Source: Eledone cirrhosa
Lineage: Eukaryota
DNA length: 64,000 nucleotides
Assembly (NCBI GenBank): GCA_964016885.1
Contig: OZ024740.1
Coordinates: forward strand, 219,108,001 to 219,172,000
Reading direction: 5' to 3'
Under the pieces are notes generated by a model. The model worked only from the letters and a program-made list of their open reading frames with translations. It was not told the origin of the DNA and made no database searches. Shown here one piece after another: positions 1-12,824 of the stretch (position 1 is the first letter of the stretch; every line of letters starts with the position of its first letter). Position numbers and translations under genes: made by a program.

Positions 1-680
1 CTTGTATCATTACAGTCTTGTGGTAATTAATTATTAAATCAATTTTTTGAAACAATTGTGTGCAAGAAATTGCTTTTTAAACTTTTGACAAGTTTAGTAA
101 TAAATATTTGATTCCTAAGCTTACCACTATTTCATTTGTAATTTAATTGTTTTCAGATTTGAGTGTCAAACCTAAAAATATATTTTTTTAAGACCTGTCA
201 TTATTTATTAACATTGTAATTAAGCATGATCTTAGACTCCAAATATGTTTCCATGAAAATAAAACTATTTGAAATTCTAAACCAAATTGCAAACAATAAA
301 AAAAAAAGTCTAACAAATAATTAAATATGCATTTTTATTTAGCAAATTTGTGGTAAAAAATTCCACTTCACAAGCAATATCATTTTGTTTTGTCATATTA
401 TGCAATATGTCTTATGCAAGTGTCCTCTATCATAGCCTTGAGGAAAAGATATTGTAATGAGCAACATGGATGTTCTATCAACAAATTAAATAGGAAATGT
501 TATAATTACACCTATAGGGTTATTTGGTATAACACTATAGTGTTAAGGTTTTCAAAATTGTAGTTCTTTTAGAAGTCAGTATTTCCTTCTGAAATTCTAC
601 AGTACCCAGACAATAAATACCAAGGATTCTGGAATGCATGAGTCAATTTCCATTTTATTTATTTGAATGTATTGAATGTA

Positions 681-786
681 TTAGTCATTAGAGAGTTGGA
701 TTCACAATCGTGAATTTGCGAGTTCAATTCTCGGACTGGGTGATGCATTGTGTCTTTGAACAATACACTTTATTTCACATTGCTCC
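681..786 (+). mobile_element. tRNA-derived SINE fragment, family B
   Basis: B-box-like 'gagttcaattctc' followed by 'tgtgtctttgaacaatacactttatttcacattgctcc', shared with copies at about 4.5, 9.0 and 18.7 kb. Confidence 0.65.
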
Positions 787-1076
787 TTCTGCAAGGAGTT
801 GCAACCAGTAGATAGTATCAGCAATGAAAAGGCGAATGGACACATTGCTTCCTTAGTCCGATTTGACAAGGTCTGCGAATGAGGTCTGGGATTTTTTCAA
901 TCAATCAGAGCAGAGCGAAAAGGAGAAAAGTCATAATACAAATCCTAAACCTAATCCTAACTCCCTAATCCTAATGTGACTTCTTCTTGTGACATTTTTC
1001 CTAGCCAAAAGTATGGCTTTTTTCTGCATCTCCATCTCCTGTGATTTTATAAACATTTAGTACTTTACAAAGCAGT

Positions 1077-1111
<35 letters not shown>

Positions 1112-1483
1112 GTAAGAAACTCTCAGGAAAGCTGGACAGCAGAAGGTTTTCAGAGAAGAAATTCTCCTGTCAAGCAGAGTTTCAGCCCTTATATAGGCAG
1201 ATATCATATGACACAAATGTAACAAAAATGTACAAGAAATATGGGCTATAAAATCAAAGTTTAAAAAAACAAAAATGTCACAGGAAAAGAATTTACAGGA
1301 GAAAAGTCACAATACAAACCCTATGTATGAAATACAACTATGAATATGGCAGAAAATTAAATAATGTTGAAGATATGTCATGAAAATAGGAACCATTTCA
1401 AGGAATCATTTGAAGATTATGTTTATCAAAACATTTTGTCTTTTCAATTTTTAAAAATCTAACAGAAAATTACTTTGATTTGA

Positions 1484-2286
1484 TTAACTGTTTTGATACC
1501 AAACTGCCTGTAACTGCCCCTGATTCTATGATATAAAGTTGTTAATTTTGATGTGTATATATTTGTCTAAAAATCTATCGTTAATTCTATGTAAAAGCTT
1601 TGGTTTATTTATGCTCCAAACTTAATAATGAGAAAGTTAGTTACAATATTATATCGTTCCAAATTCTTTTATTGTTTTACTTGTTTTAGTCATTAAACTG
1701 TGGCCATGCTGGGGCACTGCTTTGATTTACTTATTTTATTTATTTATTTTGTTTTGTTGAACCATTAAATGATGGGACATAAACACAGATTGATACAAAC
1801 ATAAACACACCCATGGACACACACACACATATACAGAGATGGTAAAATGAGCAGACCTGCTTTTTCTCACTCTCCTCTATCTTTCTATTTCTTCTTTAAT
1901 TTCTCCTATTTTCTGATGGAAGGTTAGTGTCTGAAATGTTGAGACTTTTCCTACTATATTCAGTGTGAAACTAAATAATATATACCTTCATTGTACTTCA
2001 CCATCTGTTGTGTTTTTTTACATTTACTTTTTGCATACATATTTATACTATATATATATATATATATATATAAATATATATATATATGATAGGCTTCTGC
2101 AGTTTCTGTTTACCAAATTCCACTCACAAAGCATTGGTCAACCTAAAATTATAGTAGAAGAAGGACTGAACCCAGGTCCAACTGGTTGTAATGCACATTC
2201 CTTAACCACTCAGTCATACCTGCACATATGATTTTCAAAATCATAGGCAGTAACTTTCATTAGAAATATGCTACCAAAACGGTTAA
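1484..2286. mobile_element. Degraded TTAA-flanked (piggyBac-like) MITE with nested insertions
   Basis: Ends 'ttaactgttttgatacc' and 'ctaccaaaacggttaa'; internal sequence resembles 16570-16982 and the reverse complement of the outer parts of 2902-3876. Confidence 0.45.
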
Positions 2287-3029
2287 ATTTGTATTGGCAT
2301 ATATATCCAGCTTCAGCTCACAAAGTAGTGTTAAGGCTGTTATTATTATTGTTATTGTTGTTGTAGATATTGTTATTGTTATTGTTTCTACTGCAATATT
2401 AGCAACTGCAGTACTTTAGTGAAAATAGTAATTATAGTTAATAGTATTTTGTAAATTACAATAATCTTTAAAGTAATCCCAAAGTGGTTTTTTGGGTGAT
2501 AATTTAGTCAGTCGTTTTGGCTGGATTTCAAAATTGGAATTGTTATTAAATATTCATTATTCTAATTATGTTTTATTGGCTGAAGGATGGACAAAAGTGA
2601 GAGGAAACAATAAGTATTTCATTGAAGTTAACTGAAGCTAGTCATTAGTAATTGGATAAGCCAATTCCCATTATATCTTATGGCTACACCCTTGTCTTAA
2701 ACTGACTGTTTCTAGAATTGTGTTGGCTCTTTTTAAACCTAACTTGTTGTTCATGACATTCATCTTAGAGAAAACAACATCATCAACAACAACAACAAAA
2801 CACAAACAAACAAATGAATTCCAGATTCCTATTTATTCTTTTGTGATGCATTGGTGTGAAGAATTAGATCAATTGGGTGTGGCAATTTGGTAGAAATTAG
2901 TTTAACCCTTTCATTACCATATTTCTAATGAAAGACAGACACAACCTATGATTTTCAAATAATTTTGAAAATAATCAAGAATTTGGAGTGATTTAGTAAA
3001 ATAACCAACTTTATCCTTAAGTTGCTACA

Positions 3030-3250
3030 GGGTGGTGGATTGGCAGAATCATTAGAGTGCTAGACAAAATTCTTTGTAGCATTTAGTTACAACCCTTTAC
3101 GTTCTGAGTTCAAATCCCACAGAAGTCGGCTTTTCCTTTAATCCTTCTGGGGTTGAAAGAATAGTACCAGTCAAATACTGGGGTAAATATAATTTACTTT
3201 CCCTTTTCCCAAAACTAATGGCTTTGTGCCTAAATTTGAAACAATTATTA
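3030..3250 (+). mobile_element. tRNA-derived SINE, family A (Nin/Deu-like domain), diverged copy
   Basis: A-box 'tggcagaatc', B-box 'gagttcaaatccc', central 'cctttaatccttctggggttga', 3' end 'gaaacaattatta'. Confidence 0.75.
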
Positions 3251-3329
3251 AGCTAGTACTTTGGAACATAGTTTATCAAAGGTTTTTACATAAAATTACG
3301 ATGGAAGATTTTTAGGTAGGGGCCAGAGC

Positions 3330-3800
3330 ACTAAAAGTTGATAGAAACCTTGGAGTGGGGAGACCCAAGAAGACCTGGGATGAGGTGATAAAAGCTGACC
3401 TTGCCCAATTGCACCTCTCAAAAGCGATGACAGAGGACCATGACCTCTGGTGTCATGCAGTAATACAGAAGACCCGACTTCCCACGGGTACAAGCTGAAG
3501 CATATGGACAATATGCCCCCCCACCCCCCCACTGCAAAGTGGTCATAGAGGTGGCATGACAAGAAAGCACCCAGCCCACACTGTAAAGTGGTCGTGTAGG
3601 CGCCACAGTAAAAAGCACCCAGCACTCACTGTAAATGTGGTTGATGTTAGGAAGGACATCCAGCTGAAGAAATCAAGCCCAAATCAGTTCCCATATGAGC
3701 AAGACAAGGTCACCCAGCCTGGCATTTCCCACAACAGGACAACCCGTCCAACCCATGCTAGCGTGGAAGAATGGATGTAAATTGGTGATGATGATGATGA
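3330..3800 (+). mobile_element. RTE-clade LINE 3' fragment with (GAT)n tail
   Basis: Encodes GVGRPKKTWDEVI; near-identical to the reverse complement of 25981-26440; ends in (GAT)n. Confidence 0.85.
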
Positions 3801-4419
3801 ACACCATTTTAGAATAAACAACTTAGCATCATAAAAACAGAGTTAGTTTTAGGTGGTTTGGTATCTAAAGGGTTAAATAAGATATTTTAATAAATTCCCC
3901 TAAACCTGACACAAAAATATATTTCAATCAATCAAAAAAAAAAAAGAAGATATTAATATATTAATTTTACAAATAACCTTTTCACATTACATGAATAATT
4001 TTGTCTCCATCTTAATATATTTTCAATTGGAGAGACTCAGACAGAATAGGAACCATATGATTTGAATATATATTCTGATATTTAATAATTTTTATATAAC
4101 AGATACTTATTTTCCATAGCACAAAGTTATATTAACAATGCTTATTTTAATTGCTATCAACCAAATCTCTTAAAGTTTCCAGTCTTCCACTAATGATATG
4201 CATTTTTATTTTTAATGAATTCTATCAATGAGACAAAACATCACCATCACCATCATCATCACCACCAGTTGATTCTTCTTCTACTTGAATTATTTCTCTT
4301 TTGAAGGTGAAGCATTAATTTTGCTTTTTCTAATGGCTAGAATATAAGTGAGTTGTCACATCTGCAGAAACATCCACGGCACCAATGTTGTCCAAAAGAA
4401 AGGCAATAACTGATACAGC

Positions 4420-4585
4420 CTGGCACCAGTCATGTCACAAATCATTTCTATAGTTGAGTAAACTAAAGCAATGTGAAATAAATTGTCTTCCTCAAGGATA
4501 CAACACATCACCCGGTCTGAGAATCAAACTCACAACCTCCTGATTGCAAGCCCAACACTCTAACCACCAAGCAATGCACCTTCAC
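4420..4585 (-). mobile_element. SINE family B copy
   Basis: 'agcaatgtgaaataaattgtcttcctcaagga...gagaatcaaactcac...ctctaaccac' matches 18640-18770. Confidence 0.7.
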
Positions 4586-5432
4586 AGTTGATTACTGGAG
4601 TAAATTAAATCAACTCCTCAAAATTTCTGACCATGTGCCTAAATTATAAACAGTCATTAACAACCTGCTCTTATACTTTTTCCATATTCATTATCTTCTC
4701 TCCTCACATTCATACTACCTCCTCATTTAATCTCTAACCACTTCAAATGACATTCTTAAGCACTTTTCAGATGTTGAAAAATACATTGTTCTCGCAAAAA
4801 CAATGTTTTTATATCAAATTTATATCTGCATTTTATATATATTTCTTTTTTACTATATCATTTTCTTACAATATCAGTTGCCAAAGAATTTAATATCTTT
4901 GTATTTGAAAGATCTGAAACACAACATGTTATGCTCCTTAGCATGTAGCACTCTGAGTAATTGCTTGAGATGCCATGCTTTCAGCTAACTCTGTTATTAT
5001 ACTCCACAGGTTCTTAAAGTATGCACTACCATCCCTGGGGGCGTTGAGAAGGTCCAAGGGACGCTGGGACCTAAGGGGGTAGTAGAGATGATACATATTA
5101 TATATAAATTACGATTTTATTTATTATATATTATTTACAATTTGCGTGTAGGCAGGTCTCACTGGAAACAGTGGTGGAGGGCACTGAAGGTATTACGTGG
5201 ACATGAGAGAAGCAGTGGCTCAAAATGTTTGATAACCTCTGTTATACTCCAATGTTTAGTTATGTCTTTTACACTTTTCTTTCTGTACATTAATAGTCTA
5301 TTTGCTATTACAAATAACAACATACACATAACAGTTTCTAATTTTGCTATAAGGCCAGTAATTTTTGAGGTGAAAGGGAAGTCAAATATATTGACCTCAA
5401 TACTTGATTGGTACTTTATTCTATGTTAAACC

Positions 5433-5457
5433 GTGATGATGATGAGGATGATGATGT

Positions 5458-5501
<44 letters not shown>

Positions 5502-5502
5502 G

Positions 5503-5558
<56 letters not shown>

Positions 5559-5612
5559 ATTGATGATGATATTGATGATGATGATGATGATGTTGACGAT
5601 GATGATGATGGT
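5433..5612. repeat. (GAT)n microsatellite
   Basis: About 180 bp of GAT triplets with few interruptions. Confidence 0.95.
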
Positions 5613-7149
5613 GAACACTATGTATATTGTAAAGAAAAATATACTTTGAAGCATAGAATGATTATATATATATATACAATTATAGCAACTGTTTCTATTC
5701 TTTACACCAGCAAAATTCCAATGAATCTACTGCTAAAATATATAATACACTGCAACACTAGTAAATAATTATATTATGACTTTCTTTGTAAATTTATAAT
5801 ATAATATATAAATATTGGAAGGAAATAAATTAAATAAATCATTTCCTCCAAAGATCATTTTAAACTCTGGATGAAACATAATGTAAAAGATTTGAAGGGA
5901 GAAGCATTATTTTACTATTGCTTCAATTACAGTTACAATCTTAAGAAAGAAAGAATTATATTTATTAACCAAAAATGGACTTGAAGTAATCTGTTTATGG
6001 TATACATAGGAAACATACTGATTAATCTTGAGACATCTATTTATATAAACTTTTACATCGGATGCTGGGAACTAATTTATCAATAAATAATGTCATTCAT
6101 TTTACAACTAGCTACAAACTTGAGCAAACTATCAAGACTTATATTGCAACTACATTCTGCTATTTGAGAGAAGAATCGATAAATTTGTCCTTGTCATTAT
6201 CTATTTCACAAGCCTTGCATAAGTTTTTGATCCTACATATTGCCTCTTATATCTCATCTTCAATAGCTTTGTTCTTTTATTTCTGTGTGCCCTTATATAA
6301 TACACATTCCAATGTATATTAAGCATTTTTTTTACTCTCATATTATATTTATAAATGCCTATCAGTTGATGATATATTATTCTCACAATATATTTAGCAT
6401 TATTTATCACTTTCTATGACATACCGAATGATATATAATATATAAGTGATATTAAGCGATATAATATATTTATAGATATCTACCACCTCTAATGTTATGT
6501 CACTTCCGCAGAATACTTCTATATACTTGCCATGTTCATATTACGGCTGATGCTGTTCTTAAAATATAGCTGCAGATGTGTATCACCTATAAAGAGTGGT
6601 GGATGGTGGAATCAGTTGAGTAAAGGAGAACATATAAAAAAACACATTAAAGAAGGAATGAAAATCATTAAGTATCAACTGAAAACATAAGGAAAAGAAT
6701 ATTTATTCTGATAAATGGCATAAACTGTTTCATAGAAGAGACATTGCTTGGAATATGTACTGAAACTGAATACAGTAATGGTTTCTAATTCAAGTTCAAG
6801 GGCAGTAATTTCAATTACATCGACATCATCATTATCATCATCATTATCATCATCATTATCACCACCACCAGGGATCCAGGGTGCCAGATGTTTCCACCTC
6901 TATCAGTTTCCAGATAAACCCATTTGTTACTTTGTGATTTTCAGTCTGATTTCACCAGGTTGTTGCTGGAGAAAGTATTGTTGCATGTTGTACTGTCTTG
7001 CACTGTCTTGCAGTATTCAATCACATCTCTTTACATTCAGAGTTCAAATCTTACTGGTGTTAACTTCCCCTTTCATCTTTCTGGATTTTGGTAAAGTAAG
7101 TACAATTGAATAACTGGATTAGCTGTAGTAATCTACACATCATCAAGAT

Positions 7150-8620
7150 GTTATAATGGCCTACAATTCCTGAAAGATAATCTACTGAAGGTGACAGATG
7201 ATATCTGTGGATAAAGCAGGGCTACAGAGAGAAGGAGAGTGACTTGGTGGTGGAAAAATAAGGCAGATGAGACAATTAAGGCCAAGAGACAGACACGGAA
7301 AAAGTGGAAGAGGCAGGGTACACTACATAGAGGCCAGGAGGAAGTTAGATGACAAGTATACTTTGCAAGGAGAGAAGCAGAAGATAAAAAATTCAAGCAT
7401 GTTTTGCAGCATAAAGACCAGAAAGATGAGGTGTTCAAGATTGCAAGGGAAAATTGTGATGTCATTGGCCTTCACAGACACTGAAAAGAAAGTTACATGG
7501 AAGAGCTATTATGAAAGATTACTGAATGAGGAGAATGCATGGGAGAAAGAGAGCCTATCCCAAGTGGACCCAACAGAGGGCCCAGCCATACAAGTCAGCA
7601 GCAGTGTAGTAAGTAAGGCAATTAAGGATATGAAGACTGGGAAAACAGTCGGTCCATTGGGGATAGTTGCCGAGATGCTAAAGCATCTGGGTCAGTGGCT
7701 CACACCTTAACCACACGTATTGTTAACCAAGTAATACTGCTACAAGGGTAAAGGAGATGCACTAGATAGAAGAAACTATAGCGGCATCAAGTTGATGGAC
7801 CAAGTCATGAAAGTAACAGAAAGAGATATAGAACAGCTGATTAGGGACCAGGTTAATCTAGATGAGCTGCAGTTCAGATGTATGCTAGGTAAAAGCACCA
7901 CTGATGCTCTCTTCCTGGTGAAACAGCTACAGGAGAAGTATTTAGCTAAAAGTAAGCTGATCTACTTGGATTTTTTGATCTGGAGAAAGCTTTTGACAGG
8001 GTGCCCCATGCCATAATCTGGTGGGCTCTTAGAACACTTGTGAAGGCTGTACAAGCCATGTATAAGGGAGCAGTCAACAAAGTTAGGGTTAACAACGACT
8101 ATAGCGAGGAATTTAATGTGCAGGTGCCATCCACCAGGGCTCTGTTCTTAGCTCACTCCTGTTTATTATTGTACTGCAGGCTATAACAGAGGAGCTTAAG
8201 ACAGGCTGCCCATGGGGACTTCTGTACGTACATGATATTACACGCATAGCTGAGTCTATGGCAGAATAAGAGAAGAAATTCCAAACCTGGAAGCATGACC
8301 TAGAGGAAATGGCTTAGCTTAGGGTATAGGGAAAGTGTAGGTGGAAATTCTATCCTCTGTCCCAAATGGAAACTATAGGTATTGTGAAATGAGATCTCAG
8401 GTAGTTTAGCTAAGAACATAGGTGTGACATGATAAAATGCACCCAGCCTACACAATAAAGTGGTCATGTAGGTGTCACAACAGAAAACACCCAGTACTCA
8501 TTGTAAATGTGGTTAGCATTAGGAAGGGCATCCAGCTGTAGAAACCAAGCCCAAATCAGTTTTGTATGAGCAAGGCATGGTCACCTGACCTGACATTTCT
8601 CACAACAGGACAACTCGTCT
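7150..8620 (+). mobile_element. Degraded RTE-clade LINE (linker, RT and 3' UTR; frameshifted, internally deleted)
   Basis: Fragments WKSYYERLLNEEN, MKTGKTVGPLGIVAEML, STTDALFLVKQLQEKY and DLEKAFDRVP-like sequence; 3' UTR shared with other RTE copies. Confidence 0.85.
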
Positions 8621-8622
8621 AA

Positions 8623-8661
<39 letters not shown>

Positions 8662-8862
8662 CATATATATGTATAATAGTAAAAATGAAAAACAGTAGAA
8701 AATGCTAAAGGGATTTTCTCTCAGGATAACCGCAAAAAATTTATTTCCAAAATAGGAATTTTCGCATTATTTGTACCGGTTTCATTTTGTAGGCTTCTTC
8801 ATGCGATTAAAGTGTATAATGCAATTAAATTGCATATTAATAAGAACAATAAGATTATGGGA

Positions 8863-8919
<57 letters not shown>

Positions 8920-8949
8920 ATTTTTATATATAATATATATAAACAACAC

Positions 8950-9305
8950 ATCACCCTTCAATTCTCGGACCGGGTGATGTGTTGTTTCCTTGAGCAAGAC
9001 ACTTTATTTCACATTTCTCTAGTTTACTCAGCTGTAGAAATGAGATGATAGGACTGGGGTACCTATCATTCCACTGCAAAGTGATCGTGGAGGTGCCACA
9101 CCAAAAATGCACCCAGCCCACACTGTAAAGTGGACGAGTAAGCGTAAAAAAAAAAAAGAGAACGAAAAGTTTAAAAAAAACTTTTAAAAAAATTTTAAAT
9201 AGTGAAAAGTACACAAAAAATTTTGCAGGAATATCTATATCAACACTATATTGAGTTCTAGCTTCTCTCACTTTACCAAAGATAATAGTGAAGTACTCCA
9301 CTATA

Positions 9306-9367
<62 letters not shown>

Positions 9368-9450
9368 TCAAGCCAGAATCAGTTCCCGCCCCACCCTTGC
9401 ATGTAGGGAAAAAGCGAACGTAAAATGATGATGATGATGATGATGATGAT
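8950..9450 (+). mobile_element. SINE family B with RTE-type 3' tail, interrupted at about 9135-9360
   Basis: 8955-9100 is near-identical to the reverse complement of 18560-18715; the tail 'aaatcaagccagaatcagttccc...(GAT)n' resumes at 9365. Confidence 0.75.
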
Positions 9451-9570
9451 ATATATATATATATATTTATATGTATGTAAAAGGTAAACAGAAATAACAA
9501 CATATATCAGAAGAAAGAATGAGAAATAAGATAGATTGAAGGGATGGCAGGGTGGAATATATATATATAT

Positions 9571-10127
9571 ATAAGGACGGGTTGGAAGAAGTTTAGGGAG
9601 CTGCTTCCTCTGTTGACAAAGAAGGGTTTCTCCTTACGAACGAAAGGCCGGTTATATGATGCCTGTGTAAGATGTGTGATGCTGCATGTCAGTGAAACAT
9701 GGGCAGCAACTATGGAAGATATGTGATGGCTGGAGAGAAATGAAGCAAGCATTCTCCGTTGGATGTGCAATGTCAATGTGCGTGAATGACCAAGCATAGA
9801 ACAGTTGAGAGAGAAACTGTGTATAAGAGGGATAGGCTGTAGTGTGTGGGAGAGAAGACTGCATTGGTATGGACATGTGATGCACATGGAGGATGACCGC
9901 TGGGTAAAGAAGTGCCAAGAAATCCCAGTAGAAGGAAGATGCAGTCGAGGAAGACCACGAAAAACATGGGTGGAAGTGGTGAGAGCAGACCTCAGATCGC
10001 TGAAGTTCTCAGGGGAGATGACAAAGGACCGTAATGAATGGAGAGATGCTGTGCTTAATAAGACCTGTCCCGCCCTTGTAAGCAGGGAAAAGCGGATGTA
10101 AAACAATGATGATGATGATGATGATGA
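9571..10127 (+). mobile_element. RTE-clade LINE 3' fragment
   Basis: RTGWKKFRELLPLL...KGRLYDACVR...RRLHWYGHVM...RGRPRKTW; in-frame stops; (GAT)n tail. Confidence 0.9.
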
Positions 10128-10268
10128 TATATATATATATAAACAATGAGTTATATGGTTTGTTGATTATCATTCAACAAAGTTAATTTTATAACAGATT
10201 TGAAGCACTCTACAATTTTTATCTGTAGTAATATTAATAAGTAGAAAATATCTTTATAATACCATATT

Positions 10269-10328
10269 TATTTTATTATACGTATTTCAAGGACACAAAA
10301 TTTTAGTGTGCTTTCATCAGATAAAATA
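10269..10328 (-). ncRNA. Minimal type I hammerhead ribozyme
   Basis: Minus strand reads tattttat-CTGATGA-aagcacac...tgtgtcctt-GAAA-tacgta-TA-ataaaata: 8-bp stem I, intact core, palindromic stem III. Confidence 0.85.
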
Positions 10329-10693
10329 TAATATTTGGAGTTAAGATATTGACATACCATAATAGTATAGGGTCGCTAACCATGGTGAGGTAAAAATTCA
10401 AAATCACAAGTGATATAAGTTAACAAGGATACATTAAAACAGAAAAGGACTGTTATTATAGAGGCTAGTAAAATTTTGAAAAATAGTGTGTTTATATTGG
10501 TCGTGTGGCGGTCGTTAAAGGGTGTAGAATTATGCATATATATATATATATACACACACAAATATACACACATATATACATGAATGTAGGAGAATCATGT
10601 AACTATAGATATATATTCTTTAACATATATTTTAAGAATGTGAATCTAATTATATTGTTTATATAAAAAAAATGTATTGTAGTGTAGTAAATT

Positions 10694-11305
10694 ATGAATC
10701 TAGCCCAGAATATAGCAAAAATTAATAATAGAAATCTAAAAATAAACCAAACTGAAATAAACCAAAATAGCAATAATAATATAATTAATAACATTAGCAA
10801 TATTAATAATAACGTATACCTTAATAATGATACTACATCTTCAAATAACAATATAAGAAAATGTAATTGCAGGAATAATATCTCTTGCCCGCTTGAGAAT
10901 AATTGCTTAGATAATAATTTAGTATATAAATGGACAATTAAAACTAAAGATAAATTGTATAATTATATAGAGGCCACTTCATCAAAATTTAAAGAGTGCT
11001 GGTATAATCACAAACATACTTTTAAACGCTCTGATAAGAAATTCTCAACTTCACTGTCACAACTAATTTGGTCTTTAAAAGACAATAACACTAAGTATTC
11101 AATCTCTTGGAATAAAAGCAGAAACGCTTCAGTATACAAACATTTTTCAATTTCCAAAATGTGTCATCTATGTACTGAAGAAATGTTTCCTATAATTACC
11201 AATCCTGGCAATATTATTAACAAAAAGAAAGAGATTTTAAATTCTTGTTTGCATAAATTTTCTAAGACCTTTCATAATCTCTATAAATGTTCTTTAACCA
11301 CTTAA
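10694..11305 (+). pseudogene. Penelope-like GIY-YIG endonuclease (C-terminal part of the PLE ORF)
   Basis: CNCR..CPLENNCL..NLVYK...YIEATSSKFKECWYNH...TSLSQLIWSLK...CHLCTEE...INKKKEILNSCLH matches the Penelope/Poseidon-type endonuclease pattern; YIG is mutated to YIE and no RT is present. Confidence 0.85.
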
Positions 11306-11359
11306 CCATTTATATGATACTCTGAAATCTTATCTAAGTTGTTTATTTAAATAATATAA

Positions 11360-11548
11360 TAATTGTTTCTACTATTGGCACAAGGCCAGCAATTACCCAG
11401 TACATTACTGGTACCTTATTTTATCTACCCCGTAAGGATGAAAGGCAAAGTCAACCTCGGTGGGATTTGAACTCTGACCGTAAAGGGACGTAACTATGCT
11501 AGAAAGCATGGCGTCCGACCCTCTACCGATACTGCCAGTTCACCACCA
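11360..11548 (-). mobile_element. Full-length family A SINE inserted in the PLE 3' region
   Basis: Complete head-to-tail match to other copies; 'ataatataataat' on both sides is a likely TSD. Confidence 0.88.
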
Positions 11549-12140
11549 TATAATAATATAATAATAATTATAGAACCTAATAGATCGAAGCATATCTTAT
11601 TCAATATTTATCGAAAACATACCTTGAATGCAATACTTGTAACCTTATATAATTTAGAATTATTCCCCATAGTTTTGTTTACATATTTAACAAATACGTT
11701 TATATATTTACTCACATAATTATTATAATTAACCATATACATTTGTAGATTATAATTTACTACACTACAATACATTTTTTTTATATAAACAATATAATTA
11801 GATTCACATTCTTAAAATATATGTTAAAAATATATATCTATAGTTACATGATTCTCCTACATTCATGTATATATATATGTGTGTATATTTATGTGTGTGT
11901 GTGTATATATATGCATAATTCTACATTAATATTTCACCCTTTAACGACCGCCACACAACCAATATAAACACGCTATTTTTCAAAAAATTTCTAGCCTCTA
12001 TAATAACGGTCCTTTTATGTTTAATGTATCCTTGTTAACTTATATCACTTGTGATTTTGAATTTTTACTTCACTGTCGTTAGTGAGCTTATACTATTAAG
12101 TCTATGCTAAGGTATGTTAATATTTTAACACCAAATATTA

Positions 12141-12200
12141 TATTTTATCTGATGAAAGCAAACTAAAATTTTGTGTCCTTGAAATACATATAATAAAATA
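12141..12200 (+). ncRNA. Minimal type I hammerhead ribozyme (second pseudo-LTR copy)
   Basis: tattttat-CTGATGA-aag...ctt-GAAA-tacata-TA-ataaaata; the stem III CpG has decayed relative to the 10.3-kb copy. Confidence 0.8.
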
Positions 12201-12433
12201 AATATGGTATTATAAAGATATTTTCCATTTATTAAATCCGACATATAGGGATAATTAAATCTCTCTCAAGGTAACTCTATCTCGTGTTATTATTTTTATT
12301 TTTATGCTCTTTCCTACGTTCTTCTACACACTATACGTCTCATTCTACATTTCCTCTTACATCTCTCTCTTCACCACCGGATTCTGTTACCCGGAGATTT
12401 ACCCATCTGCATTGTTGAGGCTTTCAAAAGGAC

Positions 12434-12471
<38 letters not shown>

Positions 12472-12601
12472 CAGACGTTAAAACAGCGATGGCGCTATAT
12501 ATTTATATAAGTATATGCAGGATATCTGTAGGTAAAAGGCAAAGGGAAAAATATGCTAAATCTAGAACAAGAGACCATATTTAATTTATATTAAAGTTCC
12601 G

Positions 12602-12796
12602 ACACTTAACATCTATGCATAACCTTAGGTTTTAGGGCTCAGTTATGGCTACCACTACATAGTGGTGGTTCTAAAACTGACCTCTCTCAACTTTGTATCA
12701 GATAAGAGTGGTCAGTTTTAGAATCGCTACTCCACTGTACAGTTGTAGCCATAACTGGATCCCGAAGCCTAAAGTCGCACTTACATATTAAGTGTA
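12602..12796. repeat. Imperfect inverted repeat (hairpin) between (TA)n tracts
   Basis: 'cagttatggctac...ttctaaaactgacc' pairs with 'ggtcagttttagaa...gtagccataactg'. Confidence 0.75.
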
Positions 12797-12824
12797 TGAT
12801 CTTTTATATATATATATATATATA

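Larger units (their letters stand above)
2902..3876. mobile_element. piggyBac-like MITE interrupted by a SINE and an RTE 3' fragment
   Basis: Termini TTAA-CCCTTT and AAAGGG-TTAA; encloses the SINE at 3030-3250 and the RTE tail at 3330-3800. Confidence 0.6.
10244..12225 (+). mobile_element. Penelope-like element remnant with inverted pseudo-LTRs
   Basis: 10244-10696 is an inverted copy of about 11753-12225. The pair encloses a GIY-YIG ORF, each arm carries an HHR, and (TA)n tracts lie nearby on both sides. Confidence 0.85.

Noticed and set aside
943-975. Interstitial telomere
   Set aside because: Only about five degenerate hexamers, not (CCCTAA)n.
5006-5240. Possible hAT MITE
   Set aside because: The termini are too degenerate and there is no TSD to support a call.
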